IMG/VR virus record: IMGVR_UViG_3300029305_003176
From: a virus
Reading direction: 5' to 3' (one strand)
DNA: 64,000 nucleotides
Part shown: positions 40,803 through 51,318 of the stretch, piece by piece
Position numbering within the stretch: the stretch's first letter is position 1
Layout: the number at the start of each line of letters is the position of its first letter
The notes under the pieces: generated by a model
Seen by the model: the letters and a program-made list of their open reading frames with translations, nothing else
Database searches by the model: none
What the model was told of the DNA's origin: nothing
Translations under genes and position numbers: made by a program

Positions 40803-41018
40803 ATGAAAATTTACCAAGTTGTTGAAATCGTAACACAATACATTGATGGATTCGATGGCAACCATGAATGGGAAGAAGAAATTAATAAAGGGCATTATTC
40901 CACAATGGAAAATGCTCAGGCAAAACTTAATGCTCTCACAGAATTACATTGGGATAGCAAATATAACTGTTGTAGCAGAGAGTTCAAAATAAAAGAAATT
41001 GAACTTGATGTAGAATAA
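40803..41018 (+). CDS. Hypothetical protein
   Basis: RBS GGAGG. Confidence 0.65.
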   Translation: MKIYQVVEIVTQYIDGFDGNHEWEEEINKGHYSTMENAQAKLNALTELHWDSKYNCCSREFKIKEIELDVE

Positions 41019-41031
41019 AACAATTATTTGA

Positions 41032-41250
41032 TTGGAAAGGCAGGTAATGATTATGAGAACTTTTATTTTTCCAAACGAATATGTACATCTAATTCAGATT
41101 CATAAAAGATATTTGAATAGACTTGAAAAACATATCCGAAAAACAATAAATCCAATAAAGAAAAACTCTTATAAAAAAGAGCTAAAACGTTGTAAACAGG
41201 CAATTACTTTATTAGAAGAAGAACTTAAGGAAAGATTCATGGATATGTAA
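41032..41250 (+). CDS. Hypothetical protein
   Basis: ORF between junction sites. Confidence 0.55.
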   Translation: MERQVMIMRTFIFPNEYVHLIQIHKRYLNRLEKHIRKTINPIKKNSYKKELKRCKQAITLLEEELKERFMDM

Positions 41251-41280
41251 ATAAAAACAATATTTGATGGAGGTGTAAAG

Positions 41281-41541
41281 ATGTATATTCCAGAACATTT
41301 TTTTAAAGCAGGTGAAGTGCAACGAAAATATGAAATACCGTGTTATTTTCCTAAAGAATATGCAAAAAAAGTTTTAAAAATGAAGCGAAGAGATATCAAA
41401 AAAATTGAAGTGTGCTACAATTTACCAAATATTGTAGACAGCCAGCCATTAGATATGGCAGATTATGTCCAATGTGACAAAATGTGTATTGTAATGGATA
41501 AATACAATGCTTTTCTGTTTCCATTGCAGAGAGTTAAGTAA
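41281..41541 (+). CDS. Hypothetical protein
   Basis: RBS GGAGG. Confidence 0.65.
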   Translation: MYIPEHFFKAGEVQRKYEIPCYFPKEYAKKVLKMKRRDIKKIEVCYNLPNIVDSQPLDMADYVQCDKMCIVMDKYNAFLFPLQRVK

Positions 41542-41575
41542 ATAAAAACAATTATTTGATTGGAGGTAAAGAAAA

Positions 41576-41908
41576 ATGAAAAGTGAAATGTTAATTAAAA
41601 TGGTTGATGGTGGATTAGTTAATTATGATGATGATAGTTACAAGATTGGTGGTTGTCCAACTTGTGATTATGGTAGTTCATACATCACGGAAATTGATAT
41701 GACTCTTACCAAGCATAAGATTCATATTAAAACAGACAAGATGTATGATTATGTTCTTTCTGAAGGAGATATGTTGAAATTGCTTTTATCTAATTATAAA
41801 GAAATTACAACAATGACTGAAAAGGAATTTGTTGATTGGCTTAAAGTTAAACTTCTGGAAATCGTAAGCAAAGATGAGTTGGAAAAATACAGTGTTGTTG
41901 AACTGTAA
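41576..41908 (+). CDS. Hypothetical protein
   Basis: GCPTCDYGS motif; RBS. Confidence 0.7.
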   Translation: MKSEMLIKMVDGGLVNYDDDSYKIGGCPTCDYGSSYITEIDMTLTKHKIHIKTDKMYDYVLSEGDMLKLLLSNYKEITTMTEKEFVDWLKVKLLEIVSKDELEKYSVVEL

Positions 41909-41941
41909 ATAAAAGAAATATTTGATTAGGAGGAAAATAAA

Positions 41942-42382
41942 ATGGCAGAATTGCATTTAAAAGGTTACTTATGTAACGACTATGACGGAATTATCGCATT
42001 GAATAACAAAAATCCAAACGAAAGCGAATATTCACAGTGTAGATATGGAGATTCAATTATCAGTAGTATTGAATCTTTTGCTTATGAACACGGAATGTTT
42101 GGCGAGCACAAAAAAGGTTTGGGTGGTCGCAAAGCTTTTATTGATGATTGCAATTTAAGAGCATATTTTACAACTGAAGAATGTGAACTTGAAGAAGCGA
42201 TGTTAGCGATGGATGTACTTATGTATGGTGGTGATATCAAAACAAGGGTTGATTGGTGTGGATATTCTGAATGGACTATTACTGGATTAGATTTAGAAGA
42301 GTTCTCTATTGGTGGACACGACTTAGAAAGCGAATTTAGAAGTCACTATGGACAGTATTGCCACATTATCATCGAATGCTAA
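41942..42382 (+). CDS. Hypothetical protein
   Basis: GYSEWTITG..IGGHDL; RBS. Confidence 0.7.
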   Translation: MAELHLKGYLCNDYDGIIALNNKNPNESEYSQCRYGDSIISSIESFAYEHGMFGEHKKGLGGRKAFIDDCNLRAYFTTEECELEEAMLAMDVLMYGGDIKTRVDWCGYSEWTITGLDLEEFSIGGHDLESEFRSHYGQYCHIIIEC

Positions 42383-42422
42383 TAGTAAAGAAAATAATAT
42401 TTAATAGATGGAGGTAAAGCAA

Positions 42423-42746
42423 ATGGGATTATTAGGAACCAATTTAAATATGAATGATCAAACAAAAACTGTAATTGCAGAAGTAATTGATAAAGAAGAT
42501 TGCTATGAAATCATATTTGTGTATGGTAATAATGAAGATTTTGACGTAGCACAGGCATTTTTATCAAATATGCCGATGCAGTTTAGCAAGGAAGGTATAA
42601 TTTTTCAATTACAAAAATTTAAATTTTATAGTGATTTCCCTATCTATACATGCCAGATTTCTCACAACGGCAATGTCATGAGCAGAGAAGAAGCGTTTGA
42701 AAAGATTCTTAATGCAACAGAACCTTGGGAGGGCAATAGTAAATAA
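42423..42746 (+). CDS. Hypothetical protein
   Basis: RBS GGAGG. Confidence 0.65.
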   Translation: MGLLGTNLNMNDQTKTVIAEVIDKEDCYEIIFVYGNNEDFDVAQAFLSNMPMQFSKEGIIFQLQKFKFYSDFPIYTCQISHNGNVMSREEAFEKILNATEPWEGNSK

Positions 42747-42776
42747 AAACAATATTTGATTAACGGAGGAACGGAA

Positions 42777-43004
42777 ATGACAGCAAGAGAATTTTGTTTA
42801 AAGAAAACACAAGTATCTGAATTATGTGTAATAAGAGATACTGGGTGGATTGTTGCTATTGTATGGATTGACTCAGAAGATTTATTTGCAATGAACGAAA
42901 CAATTGCAAAGATGGAAGTTAAATCTGATGAATGGGGCACTTTAAGTATCGTAACAAAACATGGTGACAAGCTTGAAGTTCCTTGTCACTATATTGATTG
43001 TTAA
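42777..43004 (+). CDS. Hypothetical protein
   Basis: RBS GGAGG. Confidence 0.65.
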   Translation: MTAREFCLKKTQVSELCVIRDTGWIVAIVWIDSEDLFAMNETIAKMEVKSDEWGTLSIVTKHGDKLEVPCHYIDC

Positions 43005-43036
43005 AATAAATCAACATTTTATTAGGAGGTCTAACT

Positions 43037-43237
43037 ATGAAAAATCTTTTAATGTTTGTGGCTTGGAATATAACAATAATAATTCTTATATTACTTAATT
43101 ATGCGACTGTAACTATAGGCGGTGAGACTCTGGGATTAGGAGATACGATTATCTATTTTTGCGGTATAGTATTTATTTATTACAATTATAGAAAAATAAT
43201 AGAAAAGAAAATAATTAAACATAAAATGGAGGTCTAA
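43037..43237 (+). CDS. Small two-TM membrane protein
   Basis: Two hydrophobic segments. Confidence 0.6.
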   Translation: MKNLLMFVAWNITIIILILLNYATVTIGGETLGLGDTIIYFCGIVFIYYNYRKIIEKKIIKHKMEV

Positions 43238-43239
43238 CT

Positions 43240-43449
43240 ATGACAGCAAGCGAAGTAGCACAATGGCTTAATTATGAAGCCACAGATGAACAATTTGCCG
43301 AAACCTTTGCTCTATTAGAGATAATGAGTTATGGCAGACAAGCACCACAAATCTACGACCAAAAGGAAATTATTAAGAGTATGAATATAACTACGGTGTG
43401 TCGTAGGCTTAATGAAATTCTAAGCGAAATCAAAACTAATCAAAATTAA
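43240..43449 (+). CDS. Hypothetical protein
   Basis: RBS GGAGG. Confidence 0.6.
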   Translation: MTASEVAQWLNYEATDEQFAETFALLEIMSYGRQAPQIYDQKEIIKSMNITTVCRRLNEILSEIKTNQN

Positions 43450-43462
43450 AAGGAGGCATATT

Positions 43463-44276
43463 ATGCAAATATTGGTAAGAGAAATGGAAGATGACAAACT
43501 AAAATATGTTTGGAAAAAGGTATTCAAGAAAAATATATCAAAAGATGGCACAATTGTAATTGATAACAAAAGATATTATGACACTGATATTCTTAAAATT
43601 AAAGGAGACTTGCGAAATAAATATGTATTTTGTAGGAATTGCGGTGAATTAATAAAGCCAGAAGATGCAGAAAAGCACTTTGAAAAAAAAAGAAAAAGGA
43701 ATAGATTGCCTAAATTGTGGTCATTTAACATTCAGACCAACAGGAAATTATAAGAAACAAAAATATGTAAAAAACGAAGACGGAACATATATGGAAACAA
43801 TAAGGCAAGAAGTTAATATAATGTGCAATGCATCGTATTATTTAGAACGTACTGAAAAAATGATAAAAAATAAAAGCCATTACTGTCCACATTTTAAATG
43901 CAGATATTCAGGAGTTTCCCAGTTTGCACAAACAATGCTAATGCAATATCCAAAAATGAATGATATCATTGCAACGGAAAGGAGTTTAATAGAAAACAAG
44001 TTTGTTTTCAATAGAATGTTAGATGATTGTAGAATTTACAATCATATTAAGATAAAGAATTTAAATGCTTTTGTGGATAGGAATGGAGTGATTAAACATT
44101 TTGAGTATATTCACAGAGGTAATGTATATAGATTTATTTATGCAAAGAAATATGATAAATTCTTTTCGATTTTCAGCATTAAATATAAGTCCTTTAACCT
44201 TTATAATTATATAAGTGACACAACGATTGAAAATATCCAAAAAGCAGTAAGAGCAGTTTATAAGGAGGAAGCTTAA
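43463..44276 (+). pseudogene. Zn-finger protein gene frameshifted in an A9 run
   Basis: Removing one A from 43683-43691 fuses ORFs 43463 and 43665 (CRNC..HFEKKEKGIDCLNC). Confidence 0.7.
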
Positions 44277-45680
44277 ATGGTAAAGTTTAGTGAATTAAAA
44301 GAAAAATGGGCGTTTTGTTATACAGAAAGCCAATTATTAGACCTAATAAATGAAATGTATGAATTATGTATGTATTACGGGCATAGTGCTACAAAGTACG
44401 GTATCATGTGTGTGCTTGATAAATTCATTGATAATAAAAAGGAAAAGATTGAGCTACTTATGAAACACTCAGGGTACAACGGAAATCTACAAGTAGTTAC
44501 CGTAAAGGAATTTGTTAGAGACACTTCGGCAAGCGAAATATCTAACTTTGTCTATAAATTCCCCGACAAGATCAAATCAAAGAATAAGATAATTAAGAAA
44601 AATATTAATGGCGAAACTCTTGTAGATATTATCAAAAAGGAAATGACAAATATAAAAGTACTCAAGATTTCCGATATTGATAAGGTTAAAAATGATGTAA
44701 AGGTTAGTGGCAAATTCAATGATTATGGCGAAGTAAAAGAAAGTGTAATAATTCACTCAAAATATTTAAATGCTAACGACATATTTCGTTTCGAACATAA
44801 ATCTACATTAAGTGAATTGGCTGCAAGGAATTTAAATGATTATGTGCCAGAGCTTAAGGTTGTAAAAGATATGAAAACATCGAGAGCTTTTGGTAAGTTG
44901 TGTAATTACTTTAAACTAAACGAAGCACCAAATTACAATAAATTATACGCAGAATACTGTGATTTGGTAAGTGTATTAACGAGAAAGCTAAACTTTGTTA
45001 TTTCTCTTAATCCATTAGATTACTTAAAAATGAGTTTTGGTGTTAATTGGGCAAGTTGCCACACAATCGACATACATAATAAAAGACGTATGCCAGATAG
45101 TTATTCAGGTGGATATTGCGGTGGCACACTATCTTATATGTTAGATAAAAATTCCTTTGTAACATATGTTGTTCCAATCGAAGAGAAAAATGGTATTACA
45201 TCAACACAAAGACCAGACAGATGGGATAAGATATATAGAAATATGTTCCATTTGCAAGGGCAACAACTTATTCAGGGCAGAATTTACCCACAAGGCAAAG
45301 ATGGTGCAACAGATTTATACAAGGTAATGCGTTTTAATATGCAAGAAGCTCTGTGTGAAATGTGGGGTATTAATTATATTGATAGCGGTAACGGAAATGA
45401 TACTTGGGTGTCAAGAGGAAGCACAAAAGATAATACTTCTTGGTATAACACATTAGGATGTAACTATCAAGATTATAGATATTTTCGAGATTGTAATTTA
45501 TCTAAGGTAAGAAACTCCGACAATGACTTGCCAATAGAAATTGGACACGAACAAATAGATGTATTCTGTGGCGAATCACTTTCGGGCTGTTCTGGTAAAA
45601 TATCGCTTGGCGAAAGAAAAGCGGATTTACCAGATATGATTGCAGAAAAAACAAATTATACTACATATATTCCAAACTAA
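44277..45680 (+). CDS. Conserved phage protein, paralog 1
   Basis: SLNPLDYLKMSFGVNWASCHTID, SYMLD, QGRIYPQ. Confidence 0.75.
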   Translation: MVKFSELKEKWAFCYTESQLLDLINEMYELCMYYGHSATKYGIMCVLDKFIDNKKEKIELLMKHSGYNGNLQVVTVKEFVRDTSASEISNFVYKFPDKIKSKNKIIKKNINGETLVDIIKKEMTNIKVLKISDIDKVKNDVKVSGKFNDYGEVKESVIIHSKYLNANDIFRFEHKSTLSELAARNLNDYVPELKVVKDMKTSRAFGKLCNYFKLNEAPNYNKLYAEYCDLVSVLTRKLNFVISLNPLDYLKMSFGVNWASCHTIDIHNKRRMPDSYSGGYCGGTLSYMLDKNSFVTYVVPIEEKNGITSTQRPDRWDKIYRNMFHLQGQQLIQGRIYPQGKDGATDLYKVMRFNMQEALCEMWGINYIDSGNGNDTWVSRGSTKDNTSWYNTLGCNYQDYRYFRDCNLSKVRNSDNDLPIEIGHEQIDVFCGESLSGCSGKISLGERKADLPDMIAEKTNYTTYIPN

Positions 45681-45690
45681 ATAAAATTAA

Positions 45691-47520
45691 ATGGAGGATG
45701 ATATTATGATAATGGAAAAGAACGCAACTTACGAACTCTCACAAGAAGAAAGAGAATCGTTACGAAAGGAAATTATTGATCTTACAAGAGAATATCATTA
45801 CAACCCAACAGAAAGTGCTGTTGATAAGTTACTTGATGAATGGGTAAAGAATAATGGCTGGATGATTAATTTGTTTAAGAAACATCCAAATTATAATGGA
45901 AAGTATCAGATTGTATTTGACGCAAACTATCTACGAACAACTAACATAAATGAAATAAGGAATTTCTGCAATTGGATAATGTTTTATTGTTGCGAAGTGT
46001 TAGTACCAATGAAAATAAGTACATTCTCGTATATAGAAGTGTGTGACCATAGAAGTCGTGTTAAAGATATTTGTGACTATATGGAATTTTTAAAATCATA
46101 TGGGAAAAGTGTGGTTGTTGATGGAATGAGTCTTAGAGAATGGAGAAATGAGCTTAATAAATGGATCGCACTTAAGAAAAGATATGAATCTGAAACTTAT
46201 ATTTATGATGTTAGGGCATATACTGTAGAAAGTGGTAAAAAGAAAAAAGCTTTAGATGATCTTGCAAGAGTATTATATGACTATTATGACAATGTGATAA
46301 CAGAAGAGATTGCGGAAAGAGTAAACAATATTTATCAAGATATAAAGGCTGTTGCAGGACAGAAAACTTCAAAGCTTATGAGAAAGATATGTAAAAAACT
46401 TGATATAGATAAAGTTGTAAATTTTGAAAGAGAATTTGCAAAGTATGCAGATAGTATTAATCCAATAGAACTTACACGAAAAACAGTTCTTTCTTGTCAT
46501 CCTGTTGATTTCTTAACAATGAGCTTCGGAAATAGCTGGGCAAGCTGTCATACAATTGATAAGCGAAACGATAGAGGTATGCCAGATTCATACGAAGGGC
46601 AATATAGCTCAGGTACAATTTCTTATATGCTTGATGATACATCATTTGTGTATTACACAATAGATAAAGATTACAATGGAAATCAGCCAGAGTTGCAGCC
46701 AAAGATTAATAGAAATATGTTTCATATTGGCGAAGATAAATTAATACAAGGTAGAATTTATCCTCAAGGAAACGATGGAGATGACGGATTATATAAGCAA
46801 GTAAGAGAAATCGTACAAAAGGTAATTGCTGACTGCCTTGAAGTTCCTAATATGTGGAAAAATGTAAAGGGAACCAATGAATGTAGAAATATGACATCTA
46901 GCAAGGGAACTCATTATAGAGATTATACTTCTTTTTCAAGTTGTAATGTATCTTATTTAAAGGATACAGATGGGAATATTAACACTATTTATATCACAGT
47001 GGGACACGATCCAATTTGTATACAATGTGGACGAACTCATAACTGGTCGGATGCTATTGAATGTAGTAGTTGCTACGATGGTATTTTTATTTGTGCAGAT
47101 TGTGGTTGCGAAGTAGATGAAGAAGATGTGATAGAAATAAATGGCGAATACTACTGTAGAGATTGTTGTAGTTACTGCGACTATCATGAGCAATATGAAA
47201 GAGAAGAACTTACATATGTAAATAATTATGGCTATGTATGCGATAGTGGTTTGGATAATGATGATTTTGATTATTGTGAGAGATGCGAGCAATGGTTTTA
47301 TGATAATGAAGAGGGTTTTAGCACAGCAGACGGATTATGGTACTGTTGTGAAGAACATGTAAGAAATGACGGCTATGAAATGACAGAAGATGGCGAATGG
47401 TACCCAGAAGATGAGGTGCATTATTGTGAGATTTGCAAGAGATATGTTCACGAAGATAACTGGAATGAAGATGAAGATTGTTGTAACGATTGTGCAACAG
47501 AAGAAAGAGAGGCGATTTAG
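45691..47520 (+). CDS. Conserved phage protein, paralog 2 with C-terminal Cys-rich repeats
   Basis: SCHPVDFLTMSFGNSWASCHTID, SYMLD, QGRIYPQ; many CxxC motifs. Confidence 0.75.
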   Translation: MEDDIMIMEKNATYELSQEERESLRKEIIDLTREYHYNPTESAVDKLLDEWVKNNGWMINLFKKHPNYNGKYQIVFDANYLRTTNINEIRNFCNWIMFYCCEVLVPMKISTFSYIEVCDHRSRVKDICDYMEFLKSYGKSVVVDGMSLREWRNELNKWIALKKRYESETYIYDVRAYTVESGKKKKALDDLARVLYDYYDNVITEEIAERVNNIYQDIKAVAGQKTSKLMRKICKKLDIDKVVNFEREFAKYADSINPIELTRKTVLSCHPVDFLTMSFGNSWASCHTIDKRNDRGMPDSYEGQYSSGTISYMLDDTSFVYYTIDKDYNGNQPELQPKINRNMFHIGEDKLIQGRIYPQGNDGDDGLYKQVREIVQKVIADCLEVPNMWKNVKGTNECRNMTSSKGTHYRDYTSFSSCNVSYLKDTDGNINTIYITVGHDPICIQCGRTHNWSDAIECSSCYDGIFICADCGCEVDEEDVIEINGEYYCRDCCSYCDYHEQYEREELTYVNNYGYVCDSGLDNDDFDYCERCEQWFYDNEEGFSTADGLWYCCEEHVRNDGYEMTEDGEWYPEDEVHYCEICKRYVHEDNWNEDEDCCNDCATEEREAI

Positions 47521-47521
47521 T

Positions 47522-48592
47522 ATGAGCAAGAAAACTAAACAAAATTATATAAGTGCATTTAATACAAAGAAATATACATACAAGGGAAAGAAAAATAAAA
47601 CAATATTTCCAGAATTTATTAGTATATGCAAAAAGACACAAGCAGAGCTTAAGTTTGATTTAGTTACTAAACTAACAGAAGCAGGCTATCCCGAAGTTAT
47701 TTGTGCTGATGGATATGTTTATGCAAAGGGAGAATTACCTATCTTATTAACAGCTCATTTAGATACAGTTCATGATAATCCGGTAAAGGATTTTTATGAA
47801 TTTGTAGATAAAAATGGAAGTCATATCTTAAGTTCGCCACAAGGTATAGGTGGAGATGATAGATGTGGTGTATATATGATACTTGAAATTATTAAGAATT
47901 ATAAGCCATCAATTCTTTTCTGCGAAGATGAAGAAACAGGAGGGCAAGGTTCAAAAAAATTTACTAAAACTGAATTCATTAATGATTTATCAGATTTAAA
48001 GTATCTTATTGAACTTGACCGAGCAAATGCAAATGACGCAGTATTCTACGATTGCGATAATCCTGAATTTACTAAGTTCATAGAAGAAACAACTGGTTTT
48101 AAAAAGTCATTTGGTAGTTTTTCTGATATATCAGTGCTTGCGCCTGCTTGTAAAGTTGCAGCAGTAAACCTTAGTTGTGGTTATTATCACGCTCATACAC
48201 TCCGAGAAGAAGTAAACATGGAAGAAATGTTTAATACAATCTCCGCCGTTAAAAAGCTTCTCGAAACAGAAAGTGAACAATATGAATACATTGAAAAGAA
48301 ATATAGTTATATAGATTGGGGTGTTTATGGAAGATATGGACTTGTAGACTATGACGACTATGGCTGGGGTAGCTATGGCGGTTATAGTGGTAGCAGTGGA
48401 AACTATTTTGAAGGTGAATTAAAAGAAGAATATGAATGTGTTGTAATGTATGTAACATTCAATAGAAACGAAAAAGAGGACTATGACGAAGTTTATGGTT
48501 ATACAAAAGAAGAATGTTGGGCAGATTTCTTTATGGGTAATCCAGATATTTGTTATAACGATGTTTTAGATTATTATTTCGATGTGTTCTAA
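47522..48592 (+). CDS. M20/M28-family zinc metallopeptidase
   Basis: AHLDTVH, GGDDRCG, EDEETG, ELDR, GYYHAH. Confidence 0.85.
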   Translation: MSKKTKQNYISAFNTKKYTYKGKKNKTIFPEFISICKKTQAELKFDLVTKLTEAGYPEVICADGYVYAKGELPILLTAHLDTVHDNPVKDFYEFVDKNGSHILSSPQGIGGDDRCGVYMILEIIKNYKPSILFCEDEETGGQGSKKFTKTEFINDLSDLKYLIELDRANANDAVFYDCDNPEFTKFIEETTGFKKSFGSFSDISVLAPACKVAAVNLSCGYYHAHTLREEVNMEEMFNTISAVKKLLETESEQYEYIEKKYSYIDWGVYGRYGLVDYDDYGWGSYGGYSGSSGNYFEGELKEEYECVVMYVTFNRNEKEDYDEVYGYTKEECWADFFMGNPDICYNDVLDYYFDVF

Positions 48593-48639
48593 AAATAAAG
48601 AAAAGACAGTTTTTGAACCAAGATGAAAATTTGTTGTTA

Positions 48640-48722
48640 GTAATTTAGATAATTTTGGTAAAACCGTATTCATAACCCAAGAAAAAGCAGAACAAGCATT
48701 GGCAGAGATGAAAGGAGAATAG
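48640..48722 (+). pseudogene. 3' remnant of a phage gene
   Basis: DNFGKTVFITQEKAEQALAEMKGE* with no start codon or RBS. Confidence 0.5.
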
Positions 48723-48725
48723 TTT

Positions 48726-48977
48726 ATGTGCAAATATTGTGAAGAAAATGAATCAATTTTCTATGATGAAAAATCAAAGGGGATAAGAGAAGTTGTTGTC
48801 GAACAGGATAACACTCTTTGTATTTGCAGCAATGATTACGACCAAGATGATGCGAATGAATCTGAAGCGATAGGATTTAGTTTTTATGAAGCTAAACTTA
48901 TGGCGCAATATAGCATTTCATTACCAATAAATTACTGCCCTATGTGTGGCAAGGCATTAAAGCAGATAGGAGATTGA
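48726..48977 (+). CDS. Zn-ribbon hypothetical protein
   Basis: CKYC..INYCPMCG. Confidence 0.7.
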   Translation: MCKYCEENESIFYDEKSKGIREVVVEQDNTLCICSNDYDQDDANESEAIGFSFYEAKLMAQYSISLPINYCPMCGKALKQIGD

Positions 48978-48981
48978 GAGG

Positions 48982-49176
48982 ATGAAATGGAACGCAAGTG
49001 TAACAATGACATTGAACATTGATTATGAAGATATTGAAGCAGATACAGAGGAAGAAGCAAAGAGAATAGCTGAAGATATGGCTTATGAAGATGTAGATTT
49101 CAATAATTGTATGTGTGATGATGATGCAACAGCATTTGTTTGGTTAGCAAAGGAGAATGAGCATGACGGAGAATGA
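48982..49176 (+). CDS. Hypothetical protein
   Basis: IEADTEEEA motif. Confidence 0.65.
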   Translation: MKWNASVTMTLNIDYEDIEADTEEEAKRIAEDMAYEDVDFNNCMCDDDATAFVWLAKENEHDGE

Positions 49177-49528
49177 AGCGATTAACGAATTACAAGCAAA
49201 TATTGACTTGCCTTTTGGATTTACTGTATCGGATGAAGTATCAGCAATGGCAATCCAAGCCCTTGAAGAAATCCAACGGTACAGAGCAATCGGAACTATT
49301 GAAGAATTTAAGGCTTTGAAAGAGAAGAGTGTGGCGAAGAAAGTAATTGCACCCCCTTGTAATGCTTGTGATAAAGAATTATGCGATTATGATTGCAAGT
49401 ATTTTTTAACTACATATACGGATGAATATAAATGCCCTACTTGCCACACTAATCAAGTGTACATACCTGAATACGAAATAAGACTTGATTGTTGTCCTAA
49501 TTGCGGACAGAAACTTGATTGGCAATGA
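49157..49528 (+). CDS. Zn-ribbon hypothetical protein
   Basis: YRAIGT..CPTC..CPNCGQKLDW. Confidence 0.7.
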   Translation: MSMTENEAINELQANIDLPFGFTVSDEVSAMAIQALEEIQRYRAIGTIEEFKALKEKSVAKKVIAPPCNACDKELCDYDCKYFLTTYTDEYKCPTCHTNQVYIPEYEIRLDCCPNCGQKLDWQ

Positions 49529-49539
49529 AAGGAGAAGAT

Positions 49540-49731
49540 ATGGGAAGTTTAGCAGATTTATGTGCAAGTGAAGTAATTACCCAAAAAATTGATAAAGCCT
49601 ATGAAGAAGGATATAACAAGGCTATTGATGAAATGGTAGATGGCATAAGAGAGATATTAGAGTGCAATGCAATATACAACATTGATTGTATTTCAACATT
49701 AGCAGAGCAGATGAAAGGCGGTGCGGAATGA
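49540..49731 (+). CDS. Hypothetical protein
   Basis: GYNKAIDE motif. Confidence 0.6.
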   Translation: MGSLADLCASEVITQKIDKAYEEGYNKAIDEMVDGIREILECNAIYNIDCISTLAEQMKGGAE

Positions 49732-50012
49732 GTAAAGTTATAGCAATAATAGATAGACCTAAAAATTGTCAAGAGTGCGTGTTTGGGATTTGTAAATACT
49801 CATTGCCATTATCTACTCACAGAAAAGCATACTATTGTCAATTAAAAGAACCAAAAGGTAGAGTTGCAGAAGATTTTGATTATGACGAAGAAGTACATTT
49901 GAGTAATTGTCCTCTGAAAGAATTACCACAGAAACAAGAAGATTTACCAACTAACATCTATCGTGAAGGTTGGAATGCCTGCATAGATAAGATTTTGAAA
50001 GGAAGTGATTAA
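49728..50012 (+). CDS. Hypothetical phage protein (paralog of 32430-32753)
   Basis: PKNC..C..CPL..GWNACID. Confidence 0.65.
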   Translation: MSKVIAIIDRPKNCQECVFGICKYSLPLSTHRKAYYCQLKEPKGRVAEDFDYDEEVHLSNCPLKELPQKQEDLPTNIYREGWNACIDKILKGSD

Positions 50013-50300
50013 ATGAGATTGATAGATGCAGATGCTTGGGTTAAGGAATTTGACGAAGTAATAACAAAAATAGAAGAATCAAATAATAAAGAACCTATTA
50101 GCAAAGAAGATTTTATTAAACTTCTCAAAATTATAAGAGGAGGTGTTGAAGAACAGCCAACAGCCTACAATGTGGATGCAGTAGTGAAAGAGTTGGAAGA
50201 TATAAAAAATGCACCAAAGCGAGATTGTCCTTATAACACAGGATGGAAGAGTAGTGTTGAATGTGCAATCGAGATAGTAATAAAGGGTGGTGTGGAATGA
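50013..50300 (+). CDS. Hypothetical phage protein
   Basis: MRLIDAD..QPTAY motif. Confidence 0.7.
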   Translation: MRLIDADAWVKEFDEVITKIEESNNKEPISKEDFIKLLKIIRGGVEEQPTAYNVDAVVKELEDIKNAPKRDCPYNTGWKSSVECAIEIVIKGGVE

Positions 50301-50611
50301 AACTAATAATTGACATACCGACAGAGTTTGAAACTGACTACAACGGCGATAAATTCAAAGACTTCTTTTCAAGAGTTCAATGTGATATAGAAAATGGAAC
50401 GTTATGTAGTAATTATGAGAAAGAAACCGCAGAAATGTTTTTGAAAGCATTTGATGAAAGCGTACCTATGGCTGATATCGTGGAGAAGTTGGAAGAAGAA
50501 AAAGGCAAAGTCGTTATTGATGGAAAAGAAATGTATCAAGAAAATTATTTTATTGATATTGATGATGCCATCAACATAGTAAAGCAGGAGATTAACAATG
50601 GATTGGAGTGA
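50297..50611 (+). CDS. Hypothetical protein
   Basis: Overlapping ATGA junction. Confidence 0.65.
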   Translation: MKLIIDIPTEFETDYNGDKFKDFFSRVQCDIENGTLCSNYEKETAEMFLKAFDESVPMADIVEKLEEEKGKVVIDGKEMYQENYFIDIDDAINIVKQEINNGLE

Positions 50612-50615
50612 TACC

Positions 50616-50864
50616 GTGAGCAGATTAAGAGAATTAGTTAAATGGTTTTATGAGAAGTTTCCGAGTGGTGGTTTTTTACACATTGTTTTAGATGATGGGA
50701 ATTTTGAAACAAGACACATTGTATGGTGCTTATTACATTGGAAAGATAATTTATCCCAAGAAGAAATTGAATGGGTAGAAAATAACGAAAACGAAATAAG
50801 AGAAATGTGTACTTTACTTTTAGAACTTAAAGAAAAGGATAGGTACAAGATTTGGAAGGAGTGA
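50616..50864 (+). CDS. Hypothetical protein
   Basis: GTG start within GGAGTGATACCGTG; LHIVLDDGN. Confidence 0.65.
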   Translation: MSRLRELVKWFYEKFPSGGFLHIVLDDGNFETRHIVWCLLHWKDNLSQEEIEWVENNENEIREMCTLLLELKEKDRYKIWKE

Positions 50865-50868
50865 TACC

Positions 50869-51027
50869 GTGTTTTTATTGTTGGCATTAGTATTTATGGT
50901 TTTAAGTTGGATTTTTGCGTTAAAATGCGACAAGTTTAATATCAAGAAAGACATTGTATGGTTTGTATTGGCAATCTTATTCGGATTTTTAGATGTTTTA
51001 TTTTGTACATTACATTTTATTTTGTAA
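50869..51027 (+). CDS. Small two-TM membrane protein (52 aa)
   Basis: GTG start within GGAGTGATACCGTG. Confidence 0.55.
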   Translation: MFLLLALVFMVLSWIFALKCDKFNIKKDIVWFVLAILFGFLDVLFCTLHFIL

Positions 51028-51039
51028 AGGAGTGATACC

Positions 51040-51318
51040 GTGAAAGCGATTTTGGTTTTAGATGAAATGCCGAGTAGTTGTAAGGAATGTAACTTGCAAC
51101 AATTTTATATATGCAAACCGGTAGGAAAATCCGTTGTAGGAACACCAACAGACTTGAAAAGTAAACCCGATTGGTGTCCGTTAAAGCCGATGCCGAAAGA
51201 GAAGGAACTTAAAAATATTAAGCGTGGATATAATACATATAGTAATACTGAATTTTGGGAAGCAGTAGGCTACAACGCTTGCATTGATGAAATTTTAGGA
51301 GGTTCGGAAAGTGAGTAA
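51040..51318 (+). CDS. Hypothetical phage protein (paralog of 32430-32753)
   Basis: PSSC..C..PDWCPL..GYNACID. Confidence 0.65.
   Translation: MKAILVLDEMPSSCKECNLQQFYICKPVGKSVVGTPTDLKSKPDWCPLKPMPKEKELKNIKRGYNTYSNTEFWEAVGYNACIDEILGGSESE

Noticed and set aside
47390-47521. N-terminal extension of the peptidase ORF
   Set aside because: Overlaps the upstream gene; ATG 47522 has an RBS.
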